A DNA stretch of 64,000 nt from a virus. Taxonomy: Duplodnaviria > Heunggongvirae > Uroviricota > Caudoviricetes. Made by a program: the position numbers and the translations under genes. The number at the start of each line of letters is the position of its first letter. Within the stretch, counting starts at the first letter, position 1. Below the pieces are notes generated by a model. That model searched no databases. It was not told where the DNA came from and saw nothing but the letters and a program-made list of their open reading frames with translations. The stretch is taken from IMG/VR virus record IMGVR_UViG_3300029605_000001; one strand, 5' to 3'. Positions 12,801 through 24,499 of this stretch are shown in pieces.

Positions 12801-14505
12801 GATTTATGGAATTGATACTGTAGCCAAAAAAATATGGAGAACAGATGGTAATTCATTTGAAGTTATTTCTGATTTTAGAATTTAGGAGTTCCTAAATAAT
12901 AATATAAATTTAGGAGAATAGGATGTAGAACCTACAATAGGACTAAGAAATGTTAAATCTCACTATAATGCATTTAAAGGAGATGTAATGTTTACCTTTT
13001 ATAATAGTATTAATGCTAAACAAGAAGTAGCATGGAATATATGTTATAATTAGATATTAAATAGATGGACTACATTTTATTCATGGATTCCATCATATTC
13101 TGCAAACATTGATAATATCTTTTTTAGTTTTGATAGAAATACTTCTAAGATAATAGCATCTAATTATAATAATATATCTATTCAATCAGATGGATTACAA
13201 AATAGCTTAGATAATTATGTACATAAAGCAAATACTGAAATATATATAGGTAAAATTAATGTTAATTGTTAGTACTATTCTAAATAGCTATCTATATCTG
13301 ACTTATATAAATCATAGTTTAAGATACATAACAATGATGGAGAAGATTACTTAATATGGGCTCCTACTAGTTAGTTCAAATCTGAACAAGAAAAAGTGGA
13401 ATTTATAAATAGTAATCCTTATATTTATGTTGGAATAGAGGCCAAATTAATTTTAGATGATAAAGTAACTGCTAAGTATATTAATTAGATATTAATAATT
13501 CCTAACTATACATTTACATATGAATACCCACATGTAATAAGTGAAACTCCTGTATAGGTAACTACTTCATTTTGGAAACATGGACAAGCTGGATTAATGC
13601 AAACCTTAGGTACAGTTAAACCTACTAATTGGTATGGTAAATAGCACCCATTTGAATTTGAATTTGTTGTAGCTGATAATCCTAACCTACATAAAATATT
13701 TGATAATCTACAAATTATAAGTAATAATGCAGAACCCGAATCATTTCATTATGAAATTATTGGAGATTGTTATAACTTTGCTAATGATAAGAAAAATATG
13801 TATATTAGATAGGAAGCTACTAAGGAATTATACAATTATAATGGTAGTGATATAACGTATGACACTAATTATTTAAGCCAAGAATCTGAGCATAGAAAAA
13901 TTAGTAATACAGATAAATACGATAAATCTACTATTTTACCATTATATTACTCTAGATAGGATAAGGCTAATGAAATTGAAGATTATTACCATTTAAAGGA
14001 TGGAGCTCCCACTAAAGACTTTTCTGCTCTATCTGGAAGTGAAATAGTTTACTATAATAACCTAGATGAATATAGACTATGGGAACATAGTAAAGCTGTT
14101 GATATAAGTAAATATGGTAGATTACGGGGAAATATGCAGTATAAAGAAGATTTATGGGATATACAAATTAATCCTATTAATATTGTATAGTGTAATGAGG
14201 ATGACTGGGTTGACTCTAATAATAAAAGTACGTCTAAAGTACCTGTAGAATTAAGACAAAGTCCTATCCCAAGTGAAGTTTTAGTTGATAGTGATGGCAA
14301 TCCAAAATAGGAAATTTTAATTCCTCAAAGCTTTAATTAGAATAACCCAGATAATAGAGGATATACTATCTGGCAACCTAATAAAGTATAGATTACTGAA
14401 GCTAAATTGAAAGATAAATGGATTAAAATTAGGATAAGATATAGTGGAACATAGCAGGTTATTATTACTGCTATAAAAACATTATATTCAATAAGTTATT
14501 CTTAA
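9841..14505 (+). CDS. Tail stabilisation/muzzle-like protein, main part (TAG=Gln)
   Basis: About 1554 aa with motifs NPPRLINSRF, GYWDEEIYRFGIV, YRGDCY, W.TFYSWIP, K.FDNLQI and K..DKWIKIRIRY. In frame with track ORF 12115. Confidence 0.75.
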
Positions 14506-14506
14506 T

Positions 14507-17407
14507 ATGGGAAATTATAATTATTCTAGTAATTTATAGTAGAATCTTATGCCTGATTACTCTCAGAAATTTTTGGAATCTACAACTCCAGATATGAATA
14601 GCATCAATCTAATTACTGGATTATTAACAATGAATTCATCTAATCCATAGACTGCCTATAATGGATTAAATATGGCTGAAAATGCTTATTAGTCTAGTAT
14701 TAGTAATCCTTTTTAGACTGATTCTATTCCATCTGAGATAATCCCTATTAATACTGATAATACTTCTTTTGCATAGAAGTTTTCTAACTCTACATTTGGT
14801 AAAGATTATAATGTTTGGAGTACAGGCTTAAATTTAGCAAATAATCTTGTTACTGGTGTCCTAGGATAGAAGAATGAATACTAGGGAAGCAGTGGTTAGA
14901 TAACACAGACTATGGATAGTATATATGATACTATTTAGACTGGGGCTGCCGCCTTTGGTCCAATAGGATAGGTAGTATCTCTTATTATGGGGGCAAATAA
15001 ATTTTTAGGAAATATTGCAAATAAACTAGGAGCAGGTACTGATGGAATGTGCGTATGTGCAGGGACTAAGGTGTTTAAGGCAGATGGAGAAATAATAAAT
15101 ATAGAAGACTTAAAACAAGAGGACGGCATTATAGGATGGAATGAGAAGACAAAGTAGATTGTACCTCAAACTATTCATAATATAATCGAACCTAGATAGA
15201 AAGAATGTTTAGAGATTACTATAAAGTCTGGATTTACATTAAGATGTAGTATAGACCATCCAGTGTTAAGTGATAATAGCCCTAAAGCAAGATCTCATAG
15301 GATAAACGGATAGCGTATAGCTTACAGAGATTGGAAATTCAGAAGGGCCGATGAACTCAAAGTAGGAGACTTTGTGGGAGTTGCTAATAATATTGATTAT
15401 TGGGGAAATATTACTTTAGATAAAGCCTACTTAATAGGTCTTCTTATTGGAGATGGTACATATACCAAAGGTAACTCTTGTAGGCTCATTTCAGCTGATA
15501 GATCTACATGGGATTATATAGAATCTAATGGTCTTGGAGTTATTAATCACTGTGATGATACTAGATCTGACAAATATAGTACTGAAGTTCGTACCTATCG
15601 TATAATAGATGGAATGGATCTAATGAGATAGGTTGGATTAGTGTACTAGAGTGGAGAAAACAAAATTTTACCTAAGAATATAGGATAGTATACAAAAGAT
15701 TCTATATGTTAGTTATTGGCTGGGTTGTATGATACTGATGGTAGTATTTCTGTGAATGAGGATAAGAATAATTGGTCTATTACTTTATATCAATCAAACA
15801 AAAACTTATTGCAAGAGGTAAAAGAACAATTACACAAATTAGGGATTTTTACAAGTATAAGTGCAAGAAAGGCTGCTAAGTATCAATTAGGAGGGAAAAT
15901 AATTAACTCCAATCAGAGCTACAGACTTGAGGTTGGAGATATAACTTCCGCTATTAAGTTTACTCAGCTTATTCCTCTAAACATAGATTATAAAAAAGCT
16001 AACTTATACAGAATTTATAATCTATTGAAAGATAAAAAGGCTTAGGAACATCCTGAATTATCAGGAGCTAAATAGTTCAAAATTGTAGATATTAAACCTA
16101 TAGGTTTACAAACTGTATATAATTTGCAAGCAAATAATGACCACACCTATCTTGCAAATGGTATTATCACTCATAATACTACTACAGATGCTGTGCTTGG
16201 TAGTGCATTTATGTAGATGACTCCTTTAGGATTAATAAACGGTGCATTTGGGAAAAAATCAGATAAATTTAATAAAGATTATGAGACATTTGAAAAAATA
16301 GGAAGTTCCTATTCTGGGTCTGAATACTTAGCTGATTAGGCCTTAAGTAAAAGTAATAAGAAATACGGATTATTTAGTAGTGGATCTAGGAGAAATGCAA
16401 ATAATTAGATTTCTGAAGCTAATAGGTAGCAAAATCTTCTATCTGGTATAGCAGATGAAGCAACAACTAGATTTTTATTAGCAGATTCAATGGCAGCAAT
16501 TAATAATAATAAATATGCCCTAGATATGTAGGGAGGCTATAACTAGGCAGGAGTTTAGTATGGTAGATTAGGTCTAAAATTAACTCCTATATAGGCAAGG
16601 AAAATTTTAAATAAATTTAAAACTGGAGGATAGGTTGATCCATTTTAGGAGTATATAAATAGTCTTCCTAAAAATCAATAGAATTTTACTAATTTTAGAG
16701 TTAAAGAGTATTGGGAATATAATGGCAGACCTAAAGATTTTGAAGAAGCTAAGTAGAAGAATATGTTTAAGTTATAGGAAGATTTTGATTAGAATGGAAA
16801 ATCTTTAGGATGGTCATGGCATGCCAATAGTGTTGCTGAAAATCCTATTACTGGAGAAATAGAATTTATGAAGTCTCCAGATCACCCAACTATTAAATAT
16901 GAAATAGAGTGGTATAATTCTCCAGATGCAGTGGAGTTTAGAAAAAATTATGAATTACAAAAATCGTTACCTTATTGGAAGTATGTAAAAAGAGTTACTC
17001 CTCTTCATAAAGAGGGTGGAACTATCATAGAATTAGTTATAGAGCCTACAGAATTTATACCAATTAATGATACTCCGGAATTTTAGGAAGGTGGAGAAAT
17101 CAATGTAATTCCTGATGGAGCTTTACATGCAAGAAAGCATCATATGGACATGGAGGGAATTACAAAAAAAGGAATTCCAGTAGTATCTGAAACTGATGGT
17201 AAAATTCAACAATAGGCAGAAATAGAGGTAAATGAAATTATATTCAGACTAGAAGTTACGAAAAAGTTAGAAGATTTAAAGAAGATATACTATTCTGACA
17301 CTGCATCTAATAAAGAAGATGCAGCTTTAGAAGCTGGTAAACTTTTAACAGATGAGATTTTGCATAATACTCAGGATAATACTGGGTTAATACAACAGGT
17401 AGAATAA
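14507..17407 (+). CDS. Putative virion cargo protein containing an intein (TAG=Gln)
   Basis: Single frame containing track ORFs 15374, 15716 and 16868. Gly/Ala-rich hydrophobic segments and three [FH]xxGG motifs. Confidence 0.75.
15050..16177 (+). mobile_element. Intein with LAGLIDADG homing endonuclease (376 aa)
   Basis: GTDGM|CVCAGTKV start, block B CSIDHPV, LAGLIDADG motifs LIGLLIGDG and LAGLYDTDG, C-terminus VYNLQANNDHTYLANGIITHN|T. Confidence 0.93.
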
Positions 17408-17425
17408 TAAATAAATTTAAAGTTA

Positions 17426-18526
17426 ATGGCAACACTTAAAGACATTCGTTACGATTATAATAAAAGACGTCAGTAGATTCTTAGGGATGCAGGTTATGAT
17501 ATTCCTGTTGATGGCTCATGGGGACCATGGTAGGAAGAATAGTATAGAAAGATAAACTAGAAACAGAATAAAATTAATACAGGAAAATAGAGTAAAGCTA
17601 ATGTAGGTGTATTAGCTCTCCCAGCTGCTGGAATTGGAGCAGCAGAATTATTAGGTGGATTAGACATAACAGTACCTACTATATCTGGAACTACAGCCGC
17701 AACAGCCTTAGGCCCAGCATTAATACTTAGTGGTATAGCTTCTACTATATATTCAGGAGCTACAGGAAAACTTACACATCCATCTAATCTATCTGAAGCT
17801 AATAGATAGGCTATGGTATACGCACCAGATGCCACCAGAGTTAAAGTACCAATTCCTATTAGACTTATTGAAGAAGAAGCTACCTCAGAAGAACCTTAGT
17901 CAGATACTAAATCAGAAGGATAGGCTAGCGAAGAACCAGCAGCTAAATCAGAAGCTGCCTCTGAACCTACTCAACCGGCACCAAATCCCTAGGATAGTAA
18001 TCCTAAAAAAGGATTTAGAGATAGACTAGCTGATAAAGTTGCTGATAAGATCAGAGGTAAGAAAAGTACTAAAACTACTGAAAATACTACTCCTTAGTAG
18101 AATACTAGAGATGGTGGATTTTGGAAGGGAGTAGGAAGAACTCTCTGGGAAACTTAGGGTAATAATTTTGCTAACGGTTGGAGATGGAGAAATGCCGCAA
18201 GAGCTATAAATGGTCTATTTCTTCCTTGGGAACTAGGTGTAGTAAGATCCTCAATTCCAGTATTAGGTAAATTGGCATCTGATCAATATAATGCAGGTAG
18301 AGGACTCTTTAATACTGATAATAGCAGTAATAATCCAGTACTTCAAAATGAAATAAATAGATCAGATAGTTTAACTAATGCAATAAAATTATAGCAAATA
18401 AAGCGTAAAAATGATTCCATTGAAGCTATACTAAATGGAAATCTTCCTTAGGTAACAGTTCCTGATAGAGATATCTAGATTAATGTTGATTCATTATTAT
18501 AGACTCTTGGGCAGTCAAAAAGATAA
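17426..18526 (+). CDS. Protein with N-terminal peptidoglycan-binding-like motif, hydrophobic segment and acidic linker (TAG=Gln)
   Basis: QQILRDAGYDIPVDGSWGPWQ resembles the PG-binding-1 consensus. Frame spot-read through to TAA 18524. Confidence 0.65.
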
Positions 18527-18531
18527 TAACT

Positions 18532-19095
18532 ATGACTGATATAAAAATTGGTGATAAAGAATATAAAGTTAAAGTAGTAACCTCTGAAGAAGATAAAACC
18601 ACTGGATTACAAGGAATAAAAGAATTACCAGAGAATGAAGGAATGCTATTTGATTTCTCTGATGATCCTAAGGAAGTAAGCTTTTGGATGAAGGATACAC
18701 TAGTACCTCTAGATATTATATTTATAAATGATGAAAAAGAAGTAGTTTACGTATATGAAGGGTAGCCCCTAGATGAAAAGAAAGTTTCTGTAGGGGAAGT
18801 ATCTTATGTACTGGAGGTAAATAGTAATTCTGGAATTAAAAAAGGAGATGAACTATAGTATGATGATGATGGTCCAGTAATGAAAGTTTTAGCTCAGGAT
18901 GGATCTACATAGATGCCACTATGGGGAGGAGAAAGAATTGTATCTAGAAGGGAAACTAAGATTCTAATAAAAAAAGCAAAAAAGGCAGAACTTTCCTAGA
19001 AAGATTCTGATTTTAAATCACTTGGGAGATATATGTTTAAAGTGATAAAGGGTCAAGATTCAAGATCTCCAGAGTATGTTGACTCTCCTTCTTAA
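18532..19095 (+). CDS. DUF192-family protein with C-terminal extension (TAG=Gln)
   Basis: GL...EGMLFDF...FWMKDTLVPLDIIFI...YVLEV...GIKKGD. The domain is only complete if the TAG at 18763 is read through. Confidence 0.85.
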
Positions 19096-19181
19096 TTATT
19101 ATTTTTTTGAGTAGATAAAAGGTTATTATATAAAATATAGCATAAAATAATATATAGATAACATAAATTACTACTTATTTC

Positions 19182-19212
19182 TTTGTAGAAATATAATATT
19201 TAAGTAAATTTG
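19182..19212 (+). promoter_or_regulatory. Bacteroidetes primary-sigma promoter (-33/-7)
   Basis: TTTG (19182-85), 19-nt spacer, TAAATTTG (19205-12), matching TTTG-N19-21-TAnnTTTG, in one of the few sizeable intergenic gaps of the arm. Confidence 0.65.
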
Positions 19213-19250
19213 GAATTATAGAAAGTTTAAATTTAAACAATAAAAGAATT

Positions 19251-19571
19251 ATGAAAATTACACCAAAAGTTAAAAAACACCAAATGGGAGGAGAAATGAA
19301 TCCTCAAGGAGATACTACTGGATAGCCTATGACTTAGGATGCAACGCAAGCAGCACCAGAAGAGTCTCAAGCAGCAGAACAAGATCCTATTACAATATTA
19401 GCATAGATGTCGACTCAAGCAATTCAATCTCAAGACTGTTAGATGGCGATGCAAGTATGTCAAGCATTTCTAGAGATAGTTGCACAAATGTAGGGAGGGG
19501 CTCCTGAGCAACCATAGGGTGAACCAGTATACAAAAAAGGAGGAATCCTAGTTCGAATAATTAATAAGTAA
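19251..19571 (+). CDS. Small Gln/Met-rich virion protein (TAG=Gln)
   Basis: MKITPKVKKHQMGG...EPVYKKGGILVRIINK, 106 aa, lying between a promoter and a terminator. Confidence 0.75.
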
Positions 19572-19585
19572 TTTATTTAATTTAG

Positions 19586-19625
19586 ATGGGAGCATATAAT
19601 CTAATATGTTCCCATTTTTATTTTA
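19586..19625 (+). terminator. Rho-independent terminator
   Basis: ATGGGAGCATAT/ATATGTTCCCAT stem followed by a T-rich tract. Confidence 0.7.
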
Positions 19626-19638
19626 ATACTAATTTAAT

Positions 19639-22608
19639 ATGGCAAATAAAGAGAATACTATATTATATGATATATACGGTAAATAGTATAATTATAATGA
19701 TTTATAGAAATCATATGATTCAGGACTCCAATAGTATATCAAAGGCTTAAATAAAGGGGATAAATATTATTAGGAATTAATATCTGCAGGAAATGATATA
19801 ATGTAGGGTATTAAAGATGGGTCAGTAAAATTTGAAAATGGAAGATTTATAGATTCTAAAGGTAGATATACAAATAATGAAAATAAAAAGAAAGACTTTT
19901 ACGGATTAATGGCCAACTATATATACGGTATGATGGGTAAGTCCGATGAGTATATACCGCCAACTGACTAGTCAAAGATTAAATGGAATGGTAGCGATAG
20001 TTTAGCTAGAGCTATTAATTAGGAGTTATTTAATTCTGATTCTGGAAATATATAGGATTTTGTAGATTTAGACCAATATAATGAAGATACAAAATCTAGG
20101 GGTATGACTAATAGGATAAATGAAATTAAAAGAGTATTTGGTAATATTAAGAATAATTTTGGAACAAGATTTTCTGGGTACCAAGACTCTGACTATTAGG
20201 ATACAATCTCTAATATTGATAACATATTAAATAATGTATTTAGTGATAATAAAATTACTCCTAATGAGTATATATTGTTAAATAGATTAACAAGTGGCAT
20301 TGATTGGAGACAAATGTTTGGAGATCATCCTATACAATAGACTTCTAATGAATAGTAGCAATAGAGCTAGGTATAGGACTAGTTAACTAAGAAAAGATAG
20401 GCATTTATTTAGTGGATGAAGAATAAGTATCTAAATTATAACGGGTAGTTATACTCCCCTATAAGTATGTAGTATTCTAAATCAATGTCTCAAGATACTA
20501 CATCTAAGTTATCTCAGGCATTCTAGAGTGTAAGTAATAAAGACTTAGCTACTGCTTTTGCAAATTCATTAAAATATGACAATTATTCATTATATAATGA
20601 ACCTTTTATAAAATAGTTATTTAACAATAATCCAAATTTCGAATCTGGATTTAGTAGAGCGGCTATAATTTCTGCATTGAAAAATAGAGGATTACTATCA
20701 CAATTTGATGAAAATTCTGACTTATATTATGTAACTCCTTCTTTTGATAGTGCCAGAAATACTGGTTGGGTATATGATTCTAAGAATTAGACATTAAATG
20801 AATATAGAAGATGGGACATTCCATTCTTAAGATAGTAGATGATTGACGAATTTAATTCTGTTTATAATCCTGAATCTAATACAATTGATGATTCTAATTT
20901 AGAATGGGTAAACGACTTCATATATAGAGATGGCGGTATCATTAAGGCTTAGACTGGATTGAAATTATGGTATCAAGATTTATAGGATATAGATCCAAAT
21001 AGTTATACCTCTGAATATAACGTTTCTAACTTAATAAATGGCGATCTAAGAGATAATGATAGAACCCCTTGGGTTTCTAATAAGCATGGAAATGCTTCTG
21101 GTAGGTATCTACCATCAGAGGGTAATGATAGAAAATTAATGCAAGAGGTAGAAGCTCAAGAGTACTATAATACATTTGGGGCAGACTTATTTGATTAGAA
21201 TGGTAACTTAACTCCAATGGGTGTACAATGGGCTAAATTAACTGATGCACAATTACCGTCTGGATCATTAGCTACATTTTATGATGAAAATGGACAGCTT
21301 AGAAAATCATGGACAGTAACTAATAATGATATATATGGAAGAGAGCCTCATACATTTAATAATGTATATGATTATGTTAACTATGTTAGGAATGATTAGA
21401 TAAAAGGAGGTAGACATAATGTATTTGGTAAAGTTGGGAATAGATACTTCTATAAAGATTAGGATGGAGTTAAACATTATGTAGATCCATCAGTAATTAA
21501 TGATTATGTGGTATCAGAGTCACCTGTTGAGTAGATACTTAGTGATGATCATACTACACTATGGAATGATTATGAATTGACTGGATTAAAATCCCCTAAT
21601 CCTAGTACAGAAGATACACCCAAATAGGAAGAAGATATCTAGGATGACTCGGTAATATACCCTTGGTAGCAAAATAAGTCAGATAATAAAAGGTCTGGAT
21701 CTAAACTTAATGATGTATTATCTTGGCTTGGACCCGAAATGTTAGGAGGAAGTAGATTATTATTATCTCTAGACACTAATAATAGAATTGCAAAGGTTTT
21801 AAGAAATTCTTTACGACCTATGCTATATGATACGTATGAACGATTTTCTCCTGTAACAGGAGCATTTAGTGAAATGCAATTCTTGAATAATCAAGCCTCT
21901 GATCTATAGAGACAGTAGAGTTAGCCTACTACATCTGATTCTTCTCTACAACTAGCTAGATAGCTAGAGGCTTCTAGGTACGCTAATAATATTAGACATT
22001 AGGGATTTATTGCCGATGACAAGGAAATAAGAAGAACAAAATAGGAATCTCTAGCTAGACAAGAGGATAATATGGCTAGAAGATCTGCTGTTTCTAATAA
22101 GAATAGAGAGTCACTAAATTAGAATGAACGGGAAAAAGCACAATTAGAAGCATCTAGGTTAAATAGAAACTGGATTTCAATTGATAATTTTTTAAAAGGA
22201 GTGGAGTAGAGAGCTAGACAAGAATATGAAACTAATAGAAATAATAAACGTAATTTTATGTTATAGACAGCTACTTCAGATATAGAGCAACAATATTAGG
22301 ATGCAATATCTAAGCCTACTGAAGAAATATAGAGATGGTAGAATGATCCTGAAAATTCTGGAAAGCCTATTACATAGGCACCTGGTTATTAGACCTACTA
22401 GGAGTTTTTAAGAGCTATGTCTAGATGGAAATTAGCTCACTTATATAAAACTCATGCTAATATATATGGATACTCTTATGATAATGATTTACTTGAAACC
22501 CCAGTAGAAGCAATATAGAGAAAATTTGGATATAAGCTAGGAGGAACTCTTAAACCTAGTATATAGTATCTAATTAATAAAACAATAAGCAATGAAAATA
22601 ACACCTAA
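19639..22608 (+). CDS. Putative internal virion/ejection protein (about 989 aa, TAG=Gln)
   Basis: One frame containing track ORF 21217, with a coiled-coil-like Q/R/E-rich C-terminal third. TAA at 22606. Confidence 0.7.
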
Positions 22609-24499
22609 ATTTTAGAGAGGAGGAGGATTTGATTAGTTTTTCACAACTTATACCCCTGTTGAGATATAGTCTCAATAGGGGAGATCCTCTCAATAGTCAA
22701 GTAGATAGACTGATAGATCAGAAGAATCTACTAAAGGAAGACTAACTGAAAAAGATTTTTTTGAAATGATAAAAGATATTGACGGTCTTCCAAATGAGAT
22801 GAATGCATTAGTCACTAACTTAATGAATACTTTTCAACTAGATAGAATGTCTGGGCAAAGTACTGGAGATCTAGCTACTAAGTATTTATCAAATTTATAC
22901 TAGATTAAAACTTTAGCTTAGAATAAGAAAAAATATGACGAAGCTGTAGCTACTGCATAGAAAAATGGAGCTATGGCTGAGCCTGCTATTTCAATGGATG
23001 GAAAACTAATTGTATAGAATAAAGAAAATGGAAGTTTAAATGCAATTAGTATTGATAAATATTATAAAAATAGAGATGACTATGCTATTATCACTGTGTC
23101 AAACCTTGCCAATATGAGAGCATATAGTCCAAGTCTTGCAAGGTCATAGGAAGCTATAGACATAATTAATAACAGCATGGGATATGAAGCATTTTAGGAA
23201 CTATTAAGTAAATCTACTTAGTCACTAGGATCATCAGAAAATTCAAGGAATGGATTTTTCTCAGCAGAGGGTTAGGCTTCTAAAGGACTTGAATTACTAT
23301 AGTAGCTTAGTAATGATGATAGAGTTTAGGATTTAGGATCAATTACAGCTCAAGGATTATATGAATATAAAATTATTGATAAATCATAGTTAAATTAGAT
23401 AAATGCATTAACTTCATATATAACTACTTTGCTACCAGATAGAGCAAAAACATGGGCTGCAATCAAGACGGGTCAATCTGATAAAAATTAGGCTACTAAA
23501 GATCTAGTCTTTACTTATTTACTAGGAAGGTCTAATAATACCCATACAGTTAATATTTAGTATAAAGAAAGTAAATAGTCAAAAGAATCAAATTCATCAA
23601 ATAATTCTAATGAAGATACAAAAATGACCTATTTAACAGCTATATAGAATGGATATGGAGGAAGAAAGGAAACTAAATCTATAAACTTTGGTAATAATAC
23701 TAGCTTTAATGTAACTGGAACTTCTTATGGGGCATTTCTTGATTAGGATGGTAAGACATTAATAAATACAAATTTATTAGACTTAATATCTAAAACTGGT
23801 ATTTCAAATTTAACAAATCCTCAATCTATTACATTTGGGGACAACTTAATTAACTCTAATTCTTTACAAAAAGTTGCTGTTGAAAACAATGGAGGATTTT
23901 GGGCAGTATTGCCATGTATTAAGTAGGGTAATAAAGTAATTCCTAACTTCCCTTTAATATCTAAATTCAGTGATGTTGTACAGGAAGTATTAAATGAATC
24001 AAATGATTCCACGTCTCCAGAAGATAAATAGCAATTATTAGAGAAGAAATTACAAGAATATCCAGAATTATAGGAACTTCTTAATATGTCTGGTAATCTA
24101 GACCCTAGTAAAGTATAGGCATTCTTTATAGTAGATGGACTTGCCTCAGATAATAATTTTACTTTTAAAAACAATGATGGAAGTGAGATTTCAGGACAAT
24201 CAAATCCATTAATATAGCCTACCGATAATTAGAATGATTTGGATTATTTTAAATCAGTTACTAATGATAAAGATTTTGATGAAAATTCTTTATGGATGAG
24301 CGATTGGTTTGGAATGTATGATACATTATATAAAAGTAAGGTATTTATACCAATATAGACTAATAATAGACTAGCTGCAATTATATTTTCTGGATAGAAA
24401 ATAAAGGACTCTAATGCTAGATTAATTGAATAGGAATACTAGAAATTTTAGATGTCAAATAAAATGAATACTCCTTCATCTAAATACTTATATGAATGA
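22592..24499 (+). CDS. Putative internal virion/ejection protein (about 635 aa, TAG=Gln)
   Basis: MKITPKFQRGG...DGLPNE. TGA stop overlapping the next ATG. Absent from the ORF track. Confidence 0.7.
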
